64,000 bases of DNA. Source: Podarcis erhardii (Eukaryota). Both the position numbers and the translations under genes were made by a program. The stretch lies in NCBI GenBank assembly GCA_964252035.1, contig OZ176200.1. One strand, written 5' to 3'. This document shows, piece after piece, positions 11,477 through 22,982 of the stretch; the first letter of the stretch is position 1; each line of letters begins with the position of its first letter. The notes beneath the pieces are model-generated. The model did no database searches and was not told the DNA's origin. It was given only the letters and a program-made list of their open reading frames with translations.

Positions 11477-13739
11477 ATGCCTACTCAGAAGTAATCCCTA
11501 ATAGGTTCAATGGGGCTTACTTCCATGTATGTGGGTAAAGGACTGCAGTCTCGGTGAGCTTTCCCATCCTCTGTGCTAGAATGCAGCCTACTAGTACATT
11601 TTTTTAAAGTCTCTCACCCATTTTTATTCTTTATTCACTTATATTTATGTGTCCAGGAATCAAAATGTTTAAAAATAATCTATTTAAGTTTAATAATCAC
11701 AAAACTTTAAACATGCTGAATTGGGGGATTTCACCCATAATTTTGCTTATTGATCACTTTGCCCCAGTTAATTCTGCACAATAAAACAATCAACTCAGCT
11801 TCATTAACTATGCACCCTCAAATCAGCGAAGTATATTTTTGCTGCGTTCTTAAGCTGTTATCTGTACCTTCCTAACGCTGCTTGAAGCAGCCAATTAAAA
11901 ACCCTATTACAACCTGGATAACAAGTGCAAATAATAAAGCAAAATGAGTGCACTGTGCTGTAATCAATTTGCTATGTGTTATTTTTAACAGTTTCTTCAA
12001 GCGTTGCCATTTAAAAGGCACTAATATGAATTCAGGATTCTTATGCATTTGTTTTTTGGCTATTTAACTCACTGGTATTTGGCAGGGCTTTTTCTTGAAG
12101 CCATGAGAAATTAAAGGTTATTTCACGAGGAAATACCCTAAAATAGCACACCCTTTCTCAAATAGTAGTAATAAAGCTTAATGTCTAATGCAGGTTGGCT
12201 AAACTGTGGTGATCCAGATGTTGCTCCAGATGTTGCCACAGTTCCCATAACCTTTGGCTGCGCTGCTTGGGGCTGATGGACCAGCAACATCTGGAGAGCC
12301 ATAGGTTTCCCATTCTTGTTCTAAACATGGAGGGGGTGATACACCATGTGAAATTGCAATCCCTCTAGCAAATGCCACATTTATGCAGCTCTTGGGTATC
12401 AAACCTGATCTGTCATGGTTCCAGATACTAATCTGATCCCATAAGCACACTCCCAGACACTTTGGATACACTGCTGATGCCACCGCAGTCAGAGACTCTG
12501 CTAGCAAGGACACCTATGTTCCCACACACAGAAGAAGTCAAATCATGCAGGCTAAACCAGGAAATCTCTGTTGCAACATCACACTCCCCAAACTCAGAAG
12601 AAACACAGAACCAGACAGGCCTGGAGAGGCACGACTAAACACTTCACTATGGGGGTGCCCTCAGGAAGCCACAGCCTCACAGACTCAGAACATGCCTGGC
12701 AATGGCAGGAGCCCATTGCCTGCTTCACAACTTAGAGGCTGTGGGAGCCCCTGTGAAGTCATTGCACCACAGATCCAGAATCACACATGCCAACCCTGAT
12801 CAGGAGCTCCACAGCCCCCAGCTACAAGGCTTAAAGTAGGACCTGTGCCAGGATGGCATAGAGGAACCAAGAGTACTCAATGGGCCAGTTCTTCTCCCTG
12901 TGGTAGGCTGAGATATCAACTTTCTGACAGGAGAATGAACACGGGAGTTCACCATAAGGTTCCCATTCATGACACACCCACCTCCTACAACTCCATGCTT
13001 CATGTGGAGGAACATGCAGGGATGCCCACTTTCCAGGACCAGGCAGCAGCATATAGATGAGGGCCAGGGGGACTGTGAGGCGTGGCATGGAAGGTGGACC
13101 AGTTGGAGTGAACTCCACAGCTATGCCATGAAAGAGCACTCAATAATGCCATTTCTTACCATATTCCACACAGCTGCTTTGGCACCTGCAGCCATGCAAC
13201 TCATCACCATCATAGCAATTACACCAGAGGAGGTCTTCTGTCACCGACATGACTGGCATTTGGGCATTGGACTGGATTTCACTGGCTTCTCAGTCAATTC
13301 TAGCTCAATTTCATTAACTGGGCAAAGCAAAACACAATTGTTCCTAATAACTAGAGTCACAAACCCTTGATCATGTAATATACATGAGCCGTGACAAAGG
13401 AAATTTGCAATTTTACAAATTAAGATATGCAACAGTATTCTGAGAACCGCACAACTTGATTCAATCTGATAAACTGCAGGGGTCTGTACTTATTTGGGGG
13501 GAAACCACCAGATTTAGGGCGGTGCAGGCAGTTCCTCTGCACAGGGCACTGAGCCAAGGCAGCATCATTGAAAAGATCCATTTGGGAACGCCAAATTTTG
13601 GCCTTGCTCAGGGCACCATATTACCAAAGTTTGCCCCTGCATATATTTCATTATCTGCTGTGAACATGGCACCTGAAGTGGTGCACAACACAATAAAATT
13701 GCTAAACCAGTTTGCTTGGCAAGCACAAGGTCCCAGGTA

Positions 13740-13865
13740 TAATCTCCAGGCAGAGCTGGGGCAGATCTCTGACCAGAAACATGAAGTTCTGCTGCCAGTC
13801 AGTGTTGACAGTACTGCGCTAGATGGACCAAGAGTCTGACTCAGTATAAGGCACCTTACTGTATG
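13740..13865 (+). mobile_element. LF-SINE-like SINE body/tail
   Basis: CTGCCAGTCAGTGTTGACAGTACTGCGCTAGATGGACCAAGAGTCTGACTCAGTATAAGGCA resembles the LF-SINE-type 3' region as I recall it. Related copies at ~33630-33810 and ~62008-62170. Confidence 0.55.
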
Positions 13866-15876
13866 CCCCCCCCATACAAAAATTTTCAGAGACATTTGCA
13901 GAACCATTTGCTTCCTAAGCATTTCCTTTGCAGAAGCAATTTAAAAATATGAACAACTTGTATTTTCACCACATAATGGGCAATTCCATAACACATTCAG
14001 TGCTTGGTTGCCAGTGGTTTGGAAGAAATTGCTTTGTTGACTGTATCATATGCTGAACAGGTTGTAGGAATGCTAATTGCACATATCACAGTCAACATGG
14101 ATCTGCTTTTGCATCCCTTAGTTTCACTTCAGAATAGATTTTGACGCATTCATTTTTCGTTTGAATTCCAACCATTCCATTGCTTTTTTTTTGTTAATTT
14201 CTCCACTATTCTTTCTTTTTTAAATTACACAGTTTCCTCGACAACATGTCCTATATTTTGTGAGATTCATTGCACTGTATCCTTATTTCCAACAGCCCAA
14301 ACAAGACAATGCTCTGCAAACAGGTCTGTCTGCTAGAGCCCAAATTCCTGCAGAGTTCATGCAAGCACAAATAAATGTTAGATTCGTTTTTTAACCACTA
14401 GGTGGAGTACATGTGTTCTTATGCAGCCTTTCAATGCAGGGCGGGGGAAGGAGACTACTTTGTTATGGATGCTACTGGCTTGCCTTCCCCACGGTCAGAG
14501 AAGCACAATGAATCTGTTGGATCCCCCATATAATGGGCATATAAACATTATATATTTGAAAGCTTTACTTTTATATGGTGCTTACATTCTACAGGCCACA
14601 CTACAAGTAATATAGCAGCTTAAATTTGTCAAGTTGTGATAGTTTCCTCACCCACAGAAAAAACTTTAAACCTACATTCCAACTTTTAAAAAATCCTTGT
14701 TTCAGGTAGGATGCATTTCCGTGGAAGTTACTGTTTTCAGTACTTCATATACAATGTAGTTAAATTTTTTGATTTAATAGTCAGAAGCTCAACACATAGA
14801 TTTGGGGTTAACAGCAGCAATATGGCAGCCTCCATGAGCTCAGTAAGAGAATAATAATAAATAACAACAACAACAACAACAATAAGGCCATTTGTGTTGC
14901 CACTGCACTGTCGCTGCTGCCACTGAAGGGAAACCAGGAGAGCTGGAGGAACTGCGTGACAACACATCTTTTTGTGCAGGATCAGTTTCAAGACTGATTT
15001 TCCTGGCAGCCTGCTGGGACTAGAAGCCCCAGGGAACCGGGCAGCTGTGCAGCGAGGCTCAGCCAATGGCTTGACGCATGTTGCGCAAACTTCTTCTTCC
15101 ACCAGCAAGTGGGCACTGGTCATGAGTGGAGGCTCAACAGTCCACATATTCAAAAAACAGCCACTGAAGAAGAAGATGGCTGTGCCCAGGAGGAGGGAAG
15201 CCTGACTTGCCCCTATTTCCCATGTGGCTTCTCCCTGAGGCACTCTTCTCCCACCGGCCTTCAAGTCCCACAGGTCTTCTGACGCAGTTTAAACCACTGC
15301 ACAGGTGAGCAGCAGCTCCATCTTCAGTTTTGTTCATTCCTTCTGTTTTTAAAAGAGACTTCTTCTTCTAAATATTTTGTTTTATTTAAAAGTAAAATAG
15401 AATCACAAGCTCGCTCCAGGCACTGCAAACTCCCCAGCTGTCACTTGCGGAAACAGAGGAGTCAGGTAGCATGGAGCTGCTGAACTTTCCCACACACTTC
15501 AGGAAGAAAGGGGAGGAAGCAAGAGAAAGAAGGGGAAAGGGAGAGGCAGACAAAGCAAAGAAAGAAAGAGGAAGAGGAGGGAAAATTAAAACAACAACAA
15601 CAACAACGACAACAACAAGGATGCAGGATTTAAAAGAATTCGTGATGGTGGTCCCCCCCCCCCACTTTTTACTGCTGTTGTTCAAGAGAGGCTCTCTAGG
15701 GAGATCAGCTATCTTTGGAGGTGCTCAGATAAAGCAGAAATCAGAGAGAAGAGAGGCTAGTTAAAACTAATATCAGCAAATAAAAAGTATTGTACTTCCA
15801 GCTCAAACATGACAGTCATGGTCACTTGACCCCAGAGTTTTGAGAACCCCATTGAAACACCCAGCATCTTGGGGGA

Positions 15877-16910
15877 ATGAAAGGGGAACCCAAGATGCAA
15901 AGTGAAACAGACAAACAATATACCCCTAACCCCAAAGCAAAACCACACACGGTCAAGTTCAGGGACAACGAAGAAGTCAAAATGGCAATGATCAAGGAGA
16001 AGGTGGAAATCAAAGAAACGGCAGTGACTTCACACAGCAAGCACACACCACCACAACCAGACCTGAAGGAACTTGAACAGAAAATAACAGAAGCGATCCA
16101 AACCTCCGTAACGGACTCACTGTACCAAGCCTGGAGGGACTTAATGACCCCATTGGAGCAGCAGATCAAATAACTAAACTCCAAATTTGAGACTCTATCA
16201 GCACCTTTACCACCTTGGAGAAGAAGACTCAGATACAAGACAAACAAATTAACCACTGTCAGAAGGAAAACACAGACATGAGAAACAAACTAGCTGACGC
16301 CAAAAATCTCAATGGGTGCTGCAACATTCACACTCACAACTTTCTTGACGTGCAATGGCTGAAAACCCCGTTCCCAGACCTGCCACTCAATGTGGAGAAC
16401 CTGGAAAGGGCACACAGGGCTCTGAAACCCATCCTGAAAGCTGGCACACCATCGCCCCCCACACATGGGACATCATTGTATGCTTTGTCTGGAACAGACT
16501 CAATAAATTAACCTCCCTGTGACATGAGGACAACCACATCATGGCCTTACAGCAGGGGTAGGCAACCTAAGGCCTGGAGGGCAGATGTGGCCCAATCGCC
16601 TTCTTAATCCGGCCCATAGACAGTCTGGGAATCAGCGTGTTTTTACATGAGTAGAATGTGTCCTTTTATTTAAAATGCATCTCTGGGCATAGGAATTTGT
16701 TCATTTTTATTTTTATTTTCAAAATATAGTCTGGCCCACCACATGGTCTGAGGGATGGTGGACCAGCCCACGGCTGAAAAAGGTTGCTGACCCCTGCCTT
16801 ACAGGATCTTTCACAGGAGACTCTGCATCCTTGCACATCAACTCTCCAGCAAGCAGGAATAAAAGACTGATGGGGCTTTCCCTCTGCACCTAATCTCAGA
16901 CTGGGATAGA
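15877..16910 (+). mobile_element. Degenerate L1 (LINE-1) ORF1p relic interrupted by a hAT MITE
   Basis: Coiled-coil-like segment (DLKELEQKITEAIQ...), LERAHR RRM signature (~16400-16420), and, after the MITE is removed, the CTD-like IMALQDLSQETL...GIKD*WGFP. Contains stops and frameshifts. Confidence 0.8.
16553..16796. mobile_element. hAT-type MITE (family 1)
   Basis: TIR CAGGGGTAGGCAACCT / AGGTTGCTGACCCCTG (14/16). Perfect 8-bp TSD CCTTACAG (16545-16552, 16797-16804). Confidence 0.92.
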
Positions 16911-19085
16911 GGGTAGGGAGCAAGGTGTTGCAAAATGCTGCATTTGATTAACTGAAATCATCCCAGGTTTACGAGAACCTGCAAATCACTTGTAGTTGGT
17001 AAAGCCAGTGCTTCTCCCCACCAGGCCAAAATCTATAATTCACTAGCCAGCAGTAGTTCATGCCATTGGATCCACACAGTGATAAGAAGAGAAATGCTTT
17101 CTCCTGCAACCAGCTGTAACATTACACACAGGTTTGATGGATGAAAAAGAAAGGAGAACATTCCTTGAGAGGGGGTTCTCTACATTTAGACAATTACAAA
17201 TCTATAGGGATTGACAATTGGTGGCATTTTAACTAAGCTCTTCCTCTCTCCAGGTGTCATGTACAATCATTCCAATAGACCCCCTCAGTTCTGCCATGCT
17301 AGAAGATGAAAATTAACAAAGCCAACATAAATATTTATTCAGAAAGCATTGTTCATTACCCGCTGCCACTACTGTAAGTGGCTGAAGAATGGTTACTTTG
17401 TACCTGCTTAGTGCTGGAATAATCTACTCATTCACTGAAATCGAAATATATTTATATAACAGCACTGAGGATCTATTGGCAGTCACTGTGCTGCATGTGT
17501 CCACCCTACAGGGATGCAGGTTGGATTTGGCAGTCCACTCTTGTCATTTTCAGCCAGTTACTGGTAGTTAAAATTTTGGGGTGATGCCCATTCACAACAT
17601 GCAACCCCAGGACCATCACCTGTTTCACACACCTGCTGCTCCTGGTGGCTGCCAGCGTTTCAGTCATAGACTCCATGCTACCTTCACAAAAGTTCCCTTT
17701 CCTCAGAGATCTTCAGGTAAATCTTTGCTTAGGGAGGCATCTTAACTCAAAAAGCAACATCAAAGAGGACATATGATAGTCTTTTGGGGTAAATGCCCCA
17801 ACCTGGAGGCATTGAGTAAACACCACACTCTTAAAAAATAAATAGTGTGGTGCAACATGGTTAACATTTTAGCAAGCTGCATATCAAATGGGAGTCTGTT
17901 GATCCTGGGGCGTAGCTGTCCTCCTATCTAGTGTATTCATAGGCAGTGAATACTGTACTGGTATGGCTTCCAATGGAAGTGAGAAACATGATAAACAGAG
18001 AGTTTGGCAAATAAGCAGCTGTGGACAAGGAATGTCACCACCAGAAGGATGTGATAGATTAGCCAAAAGGAATCAAGTGTGGTCATCATGCTACACATGG
18101 AATCACTACAAACTTCCCTCAGTGACCTATGAACTTCCAGAAACTGCCTGTACTCAGGCCATACAACCTTCTTGAGGCACAAAAGGGAATGCAGCTACAG
18201 CAAGCTGTAAGAAGCCTCTGGACTAGCATAAATAGGAGGAGTCTGGCTTTCTTATCTTTCCCTGTTAATGAAGCAGTACTTCATTGCTCACCAAAAATAG
18301 CTTTAGGTGCTGCATTTAGATGTTCACTCAAAATATGTTCAGGGTAAGCTCTCCTGAGTGATCAGGTGGGCCGCTAATTCTATTTTCTATGTCCCTATCT
18401 GGATATCATACAGAATAGGCATCATCTTAAAGGTTTGTGATAGGTTTGGATCTCAGAATTAAAATGCTGGTGATATAGTGTAAAAATGTGAGCCCTAGGG
18501 GCACTATTCTATAAAACATCCATTAGTATGCAGGGAATTGTTTTTAGACAACCATAACAGCAATAAGATTTAATTATAATTTTGCCACAGAGGAAGAGAA
18601 CTGGTGCTTGAAAACAAGAGCAACCCACTTTTCTTATGAGACAAACAAATTGAAAGTGTTTACCCAAAATGCCCAGGGACAAGTTACCTAATTTATTTAT
18701 TTATTTATATTTTCTTGCCCATCATCTTAAAGCTATTCATGTGGCAAAAGAGTAGCAGAGGTCATTTTAGGCTAAACTGGCACAACTTATGCAACTGCAT
18801 TGGTTTCCAAGACAACAAGTACGGTAAGTTGCTGCTCTTGTCTGGATCACTTTTCTCAAAAGTAAAAGCTCGGGGTTTACAGGCCTTAGGCTCTAACTTT
18901 ACTTGGAAATATTGAAGGACAAGCATAACTTCTGGCAGGTAGATGTTATGAAATACATCTTCTGGATAAAAAAAAAGATGTAGAATTCTCTTATTGAAAA
19001 GGAGGATAACGTATAATAAGAACAGTGTTACTGACAGCTGACACTGCTTGTGATGTGTCATCTCCCTGTGTCTTATATCTCAGCT

Positions 19086-20804
19086 GTCGCAACTGGCTGT
19101 TAAAAAGAAAAATATGCAAGGAGACTGGGCCACATACAAAGTGCTAATAGAAGAAATTAATGATAACTTCAAACTGAAATAATTTGAAGAAATTAGAAGA
19201 CATTTGACAGACTGGCTGCAATATTTTCAGATAAATGAAAGATTGAGCTTAGATAAAAAGGAAGGTCTTGCAAAAGAAACATCTAGATTTGAAAAAGAAT
19301 TAATTCAATATAAAGGAAAATAAATTTCAAGAATATATAATCTCCTCTTAGAATGGGAGGTGAAAGAAGAATTGGTGAAAGGGACAATGGTGAAATGGGT
19401 GCAAGACCTAGGGTATAACATCTATATGGATCAATGGGAGAAATTATGGAGGGAGGGTATTAAATTTACGGCATGCTACAATCTCAGAGAATATATTATG
19501 AGAATGCAATACAGATGACACCACACTCCAGCAAAACTTGTGAAGATGTATAAAAATAGATCACCAACTTGCTGGAGGTGTAAAGACGGTATAGGGTCAT
19601 ATACGCACATCTGGTGGGAATGCACAGCCATTAAGGAATTTTGGAATAACATCTATAATGAATTAAAAAAGTTATTTAAGTTCTCATTTAAGAAAAAACC
19701 TGAAACCTTCCTCCTAGGTATAATGTCACCAGAAATTAAAAAAAGATGTTAGACCACTTTTTATGTACATGACAGTAGCAGCCAGGATCTTAATTGCAAG
19801 AAACTGGAAAAGTGATAAAACACCTACAATAAATGAGTGGCAGGTCCAAATGATAGAATATCTGCAGTTGGCCATGATGACAGGGAGAGTCAGAGGTTAA
19901 CCAAAACAGAAAGTACAGAAAGAATGGAAAATATTAAAGAATATCTAGAAAGCTATTGTAATAATAAACATCTCCTGGCAGAACTAGAATGATTCTTGTA
20001 AAATAAGAAACATAATGTTTTTGGTATCTGCTAAAAAGAAAAAAGGTAATACAGTAATTTGGAACTGTGTGTGACAGAACAATAGAAATAATAATAAGGT
20101 AAAGGTAAAGGTACCCCTGCCCATACGGGCCAGTCGTGTCCGACTCTAGGGTTGTGCACCCATCTCACTTAAGAGGCCGGGGGCGAGCGCTGTCTGGAGA
20201 CACTTCCGGGTCACGTGGCCAGCGTGACAAAGCTGCTCTGGCGAGCCAGCACCAGCACAGCACACGGAAACGCCGTTTACCTTCCCGCTATAAACCGGTA
20301 CCTATTTATCTACTTGCACTTAGGGGTGCTTTCGAACTGCTAGGTGGGCAGGAGCTGGGACCGAAAGATGGGAGCTCACCCCGCCGCGGGGATTCGAACC
20401 GCCGACCATGCGATTGGTAAGCCCTAGGCACTGAGGTTTTACCCACAGCGCCACCTGCGAAATAATAATACAATGAGTCTAATTAGAAGTTAAATGTGTT
20501 TATTCTTTCTGTATTTTTTTTATTAATGTTTTTTCCTTCTTTTTCTCCCCCCATTTCCCCCCTCCCCTTTTTCCTCCTTTAGTTTTCTTTCTTTCTTCTC
20601 GCTTTCTTCTTTTGGTCTTCTTTCTGATTTGCTAAGAAAGATAAAGCTAAATATGAAAAGTTGACTAACTCAAAGTGATGTTTTGTAGATTGTTAACTCT
20701 TGTTAAAGATGGTCAACTGTAATGAATTGATGTATTAGTTATTACTGATTTATTGTTATTGCCGAATCTTAAATAAAATTTATTTTGGATTGTGGGGAAA
20801 AAAA
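19086..20804 (+). mobile_element. 5'-truncated L1 3' end (ORF2 C-terminus and 3'UTR)
   Basis: ORF 19540-19752 contains CWRCKDGIGSYTHIWWEC, the zf-RVT/CCHC-type motif of L1 ORF2p. Pyrimidine-rich 3'UTR, AATAAA at 20772-20777 and A-run at 20798-20804. Interrupted by a Sauria SINE. Confidence 0.85.
20097..20458 (-). mobile_element. Sauria SINE (Squam1-type), full length
   Basis: (AAAGGT)n tail, i.e. (ACCTTT)n on the minus strand. tRNA-derived head with B-box GGTTCGAATCC on the minus strand. 12-bp TSD GAAATAATAATA (20085-20096, 20459-20470). Confidence 0.92.
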
Positions 20805-20859
20805 TATTATGACATAAGATTTAATGGATTGCAGCCCACTTCATCAGATGCATGAAGTG
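20805..20859 (-). mobile_element. Penelope-like element terminal-repeat remnant with a decayed hammerhead motif
   Basis: Minus strand reads GCAT-CTGATGA-A-GTGG..CCA-TTAAA-TCTT-ATGT-CATAATA. 8-bp inverted flank CACTTCAT / ATGAAGTG. Confidence 0.6.
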
Positions 20860-20889
20860 CTATTCCTAGTTGCAGATAGGTGCCTTGAT

Positions 20890-21175
20890 GGGAGCCAGAA
20901 TAGTGTAGTGGTTAAGAGCTGTGGACTCGTAATCTGGTGAACCGGGTTCACTTCCCCACTCCTCCACTTGCAGCTGCTGGGTGATCTTGGGCTAGTCACA
21001 CTTCTCTGAAGTCTCTCAGCCCCACTCACCTCATAGAGTGTGTGTTGTGGGGGAGGAAGGGAAAAGAGAATGTTAGCCGCTTTGAGACTCCTTAGGGTAG
21101 TGATAAAGCGGGATATCAAATCCAAACTCCTCCTCCTCCTCCTCCTCCTCCTCCTCCTCCTCCTCTTCTTCTTCT
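20890..21175 (+). mobile_element. MIR/Ther1-derived tRNA SINE (Squam3-like) with (TCC)n(TCT)n tail
   Basis: A-box-like TAGTGTAGTGG, B-box-like GGTTCACTTCC, CORE-like GGGTGATCTTGGGCTAGTCAC, and a simple-repeat tail at 21127-21175. Confidence 0.85.
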
Positions 21176-22676
21176 AAATATGTGTGGGGAAGAATTGTTC
21201 TACAAAACCTCTGTGGTGTTTAATTTGTTATGCCAATTTCATAAAGGCAGCTCATCACTTGATGTTGAAGTCATCCAATAAGGAATCTGCATTTGCCAAG
21301 TCAGATCCAGATATTGTCCAAACCATATCTTGGTCAACGCTAGAGGAGAACATTCAGGAATACTATAGTGCTCCATTCACTGGCATTCATCCTCAGCTTT
21401 TGTCAGCCAAGATGTGTACGAAGGCAATTACAGGAAAGGCCATATGGAAAACTGACCTTTAAAGCTGCAGGGGAAAGTGAGTGTGGTTCAACCATTCTTG
21501 TATTTTTTCCTTCATGCCTCCACCATTCTCTCACTCACACAGACACAAACACACAATTATGAGCAGAGAACAACTACAGCTGCACAGGGAAGATGATGGA
21601 ATCGTTTTATGAAGAAATCTCAGTCTCATTTGTGGGAATGGTAGGGGGGGAAATAAGGGGTTTGATTATTATTCTGTCAGGGTAACTCAACAAAACACCT
21701 GCATGACACTAGAACCTATTACATTACCTAAAAATGAGGTAGAATGCCATATACTATACATAATCTTAACAAAGTGTCCCAGCTTCCTCCTTGCATGCAG
21801 TATCCTGTGATCTGAGCCACAGATAAAGAAAAATGATTGCAGCAAAGAGTGGAATTCATGCAGGAACAGAGTGGTTTCCTGCTGTAACATTCAGTGATTA
21901 ATAACATGCAAACCTTCCCAGCACAGCATCATGTTCTCAATTCAGCATAGACATCACAGCACATGGTTTAAAGACAAAAAGGCACTTTATCCTGTCTGTT
22001 GGACACCCTATTAAAAAAGGGCAACCTGCAGCTTTCCAGTGGCCTCTTTTTTCCTTTTTTTAAAAGTACAATTCAGGAGTTCTGCCTTTCAAGAGCAGGG
22101 CATTGTTCCTTAATACACTGCCTTGCAATGTCAATGAACAATCGAACACTCTGAGTGAATTACAGGAATTTTGAGCAAGAAGCACTTTGAACACATTGTA
22201 ATCAAGATCTCTGTGTTACCAAACTCACTGAAATTGGGAGGTGTTTCTTACACGTTATAAGACTGTACAGCAGTGCAGCTGCAATTTGTCTTCTCAGGTC
22301 TCGCTCTAAGCAGCCTAATTCTTTAACTTGTATAATCAATTTCAACCACTTTCTCCAAAGTAGCCCATGACCTTTGCAGCAGTGACCTTTGTATCAGCAG
22401 AACAGTCTCAGGTGCTATACATCTATTATAGCCAGAACAAATATCATGCTTTACTGTTTTGGTGCCAGTTCACAAACTCAGATTTCCATAGTACCAGTAC
22501 AATAAAAAAAAGTATTCATTATCCCTGAACTAGGGCATCTCCCAAAATCAGAACAGATGAGTGATTAACAGGTGATAGTCTCATAGATGCTTTATTTCGA
22601 AACTGTGGTGCGCAGTAAATATACACAAATAAATAATTCCCTGAAATTTACTTCCATGCAACACATTGGCCCAGGA

Positions 22677-22797
22677 CATGGGCATATGGGGGGCAGGCTT
22701 TTATTGGGGCACAGAACCTCAGATTTGCATTGATTTTTGTTGATTTTTATTATTTAGGGGGGCAGTTGCCCCTCAGTCCCCCCTGACTTTGCCCATG
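22677..22797. mobile_element. hAT-type MITE (family 3)
   Basis: CATGGGCA / TGCCCATG termini. TSD GCCCAGGA / GCCAAGGA (7/8). Shares GCAGAACCTCAG and GGGGGCAGTTGCCCCTC with 11339-11476. Confidence 0.8.
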
Positions 22798-22982
22798 GCC
22801 AAGGACAGTCTTTGATGTCTAAAATGAAAGATTCTGAGGCTTAAGTCAATTCTTTCTTTCACTATCCTTTCTGTCAATTATCTCAGACGATCAAGTTTTC
22901 TTTCACATCAACACTGTGAGATAGGTTAGACTGAGTGATAGCAATGGCCACAGTAAGTGAGTTTCACAACTGAATACATTTG

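Noticed and set aside
14737-15264. 175-aa minus-strand ORF
   Set aside because: Runs through (AAC)/(AAT) microsatellites (poly-V/Y) in moderately GC-rich DNA; no recognisable protein family.
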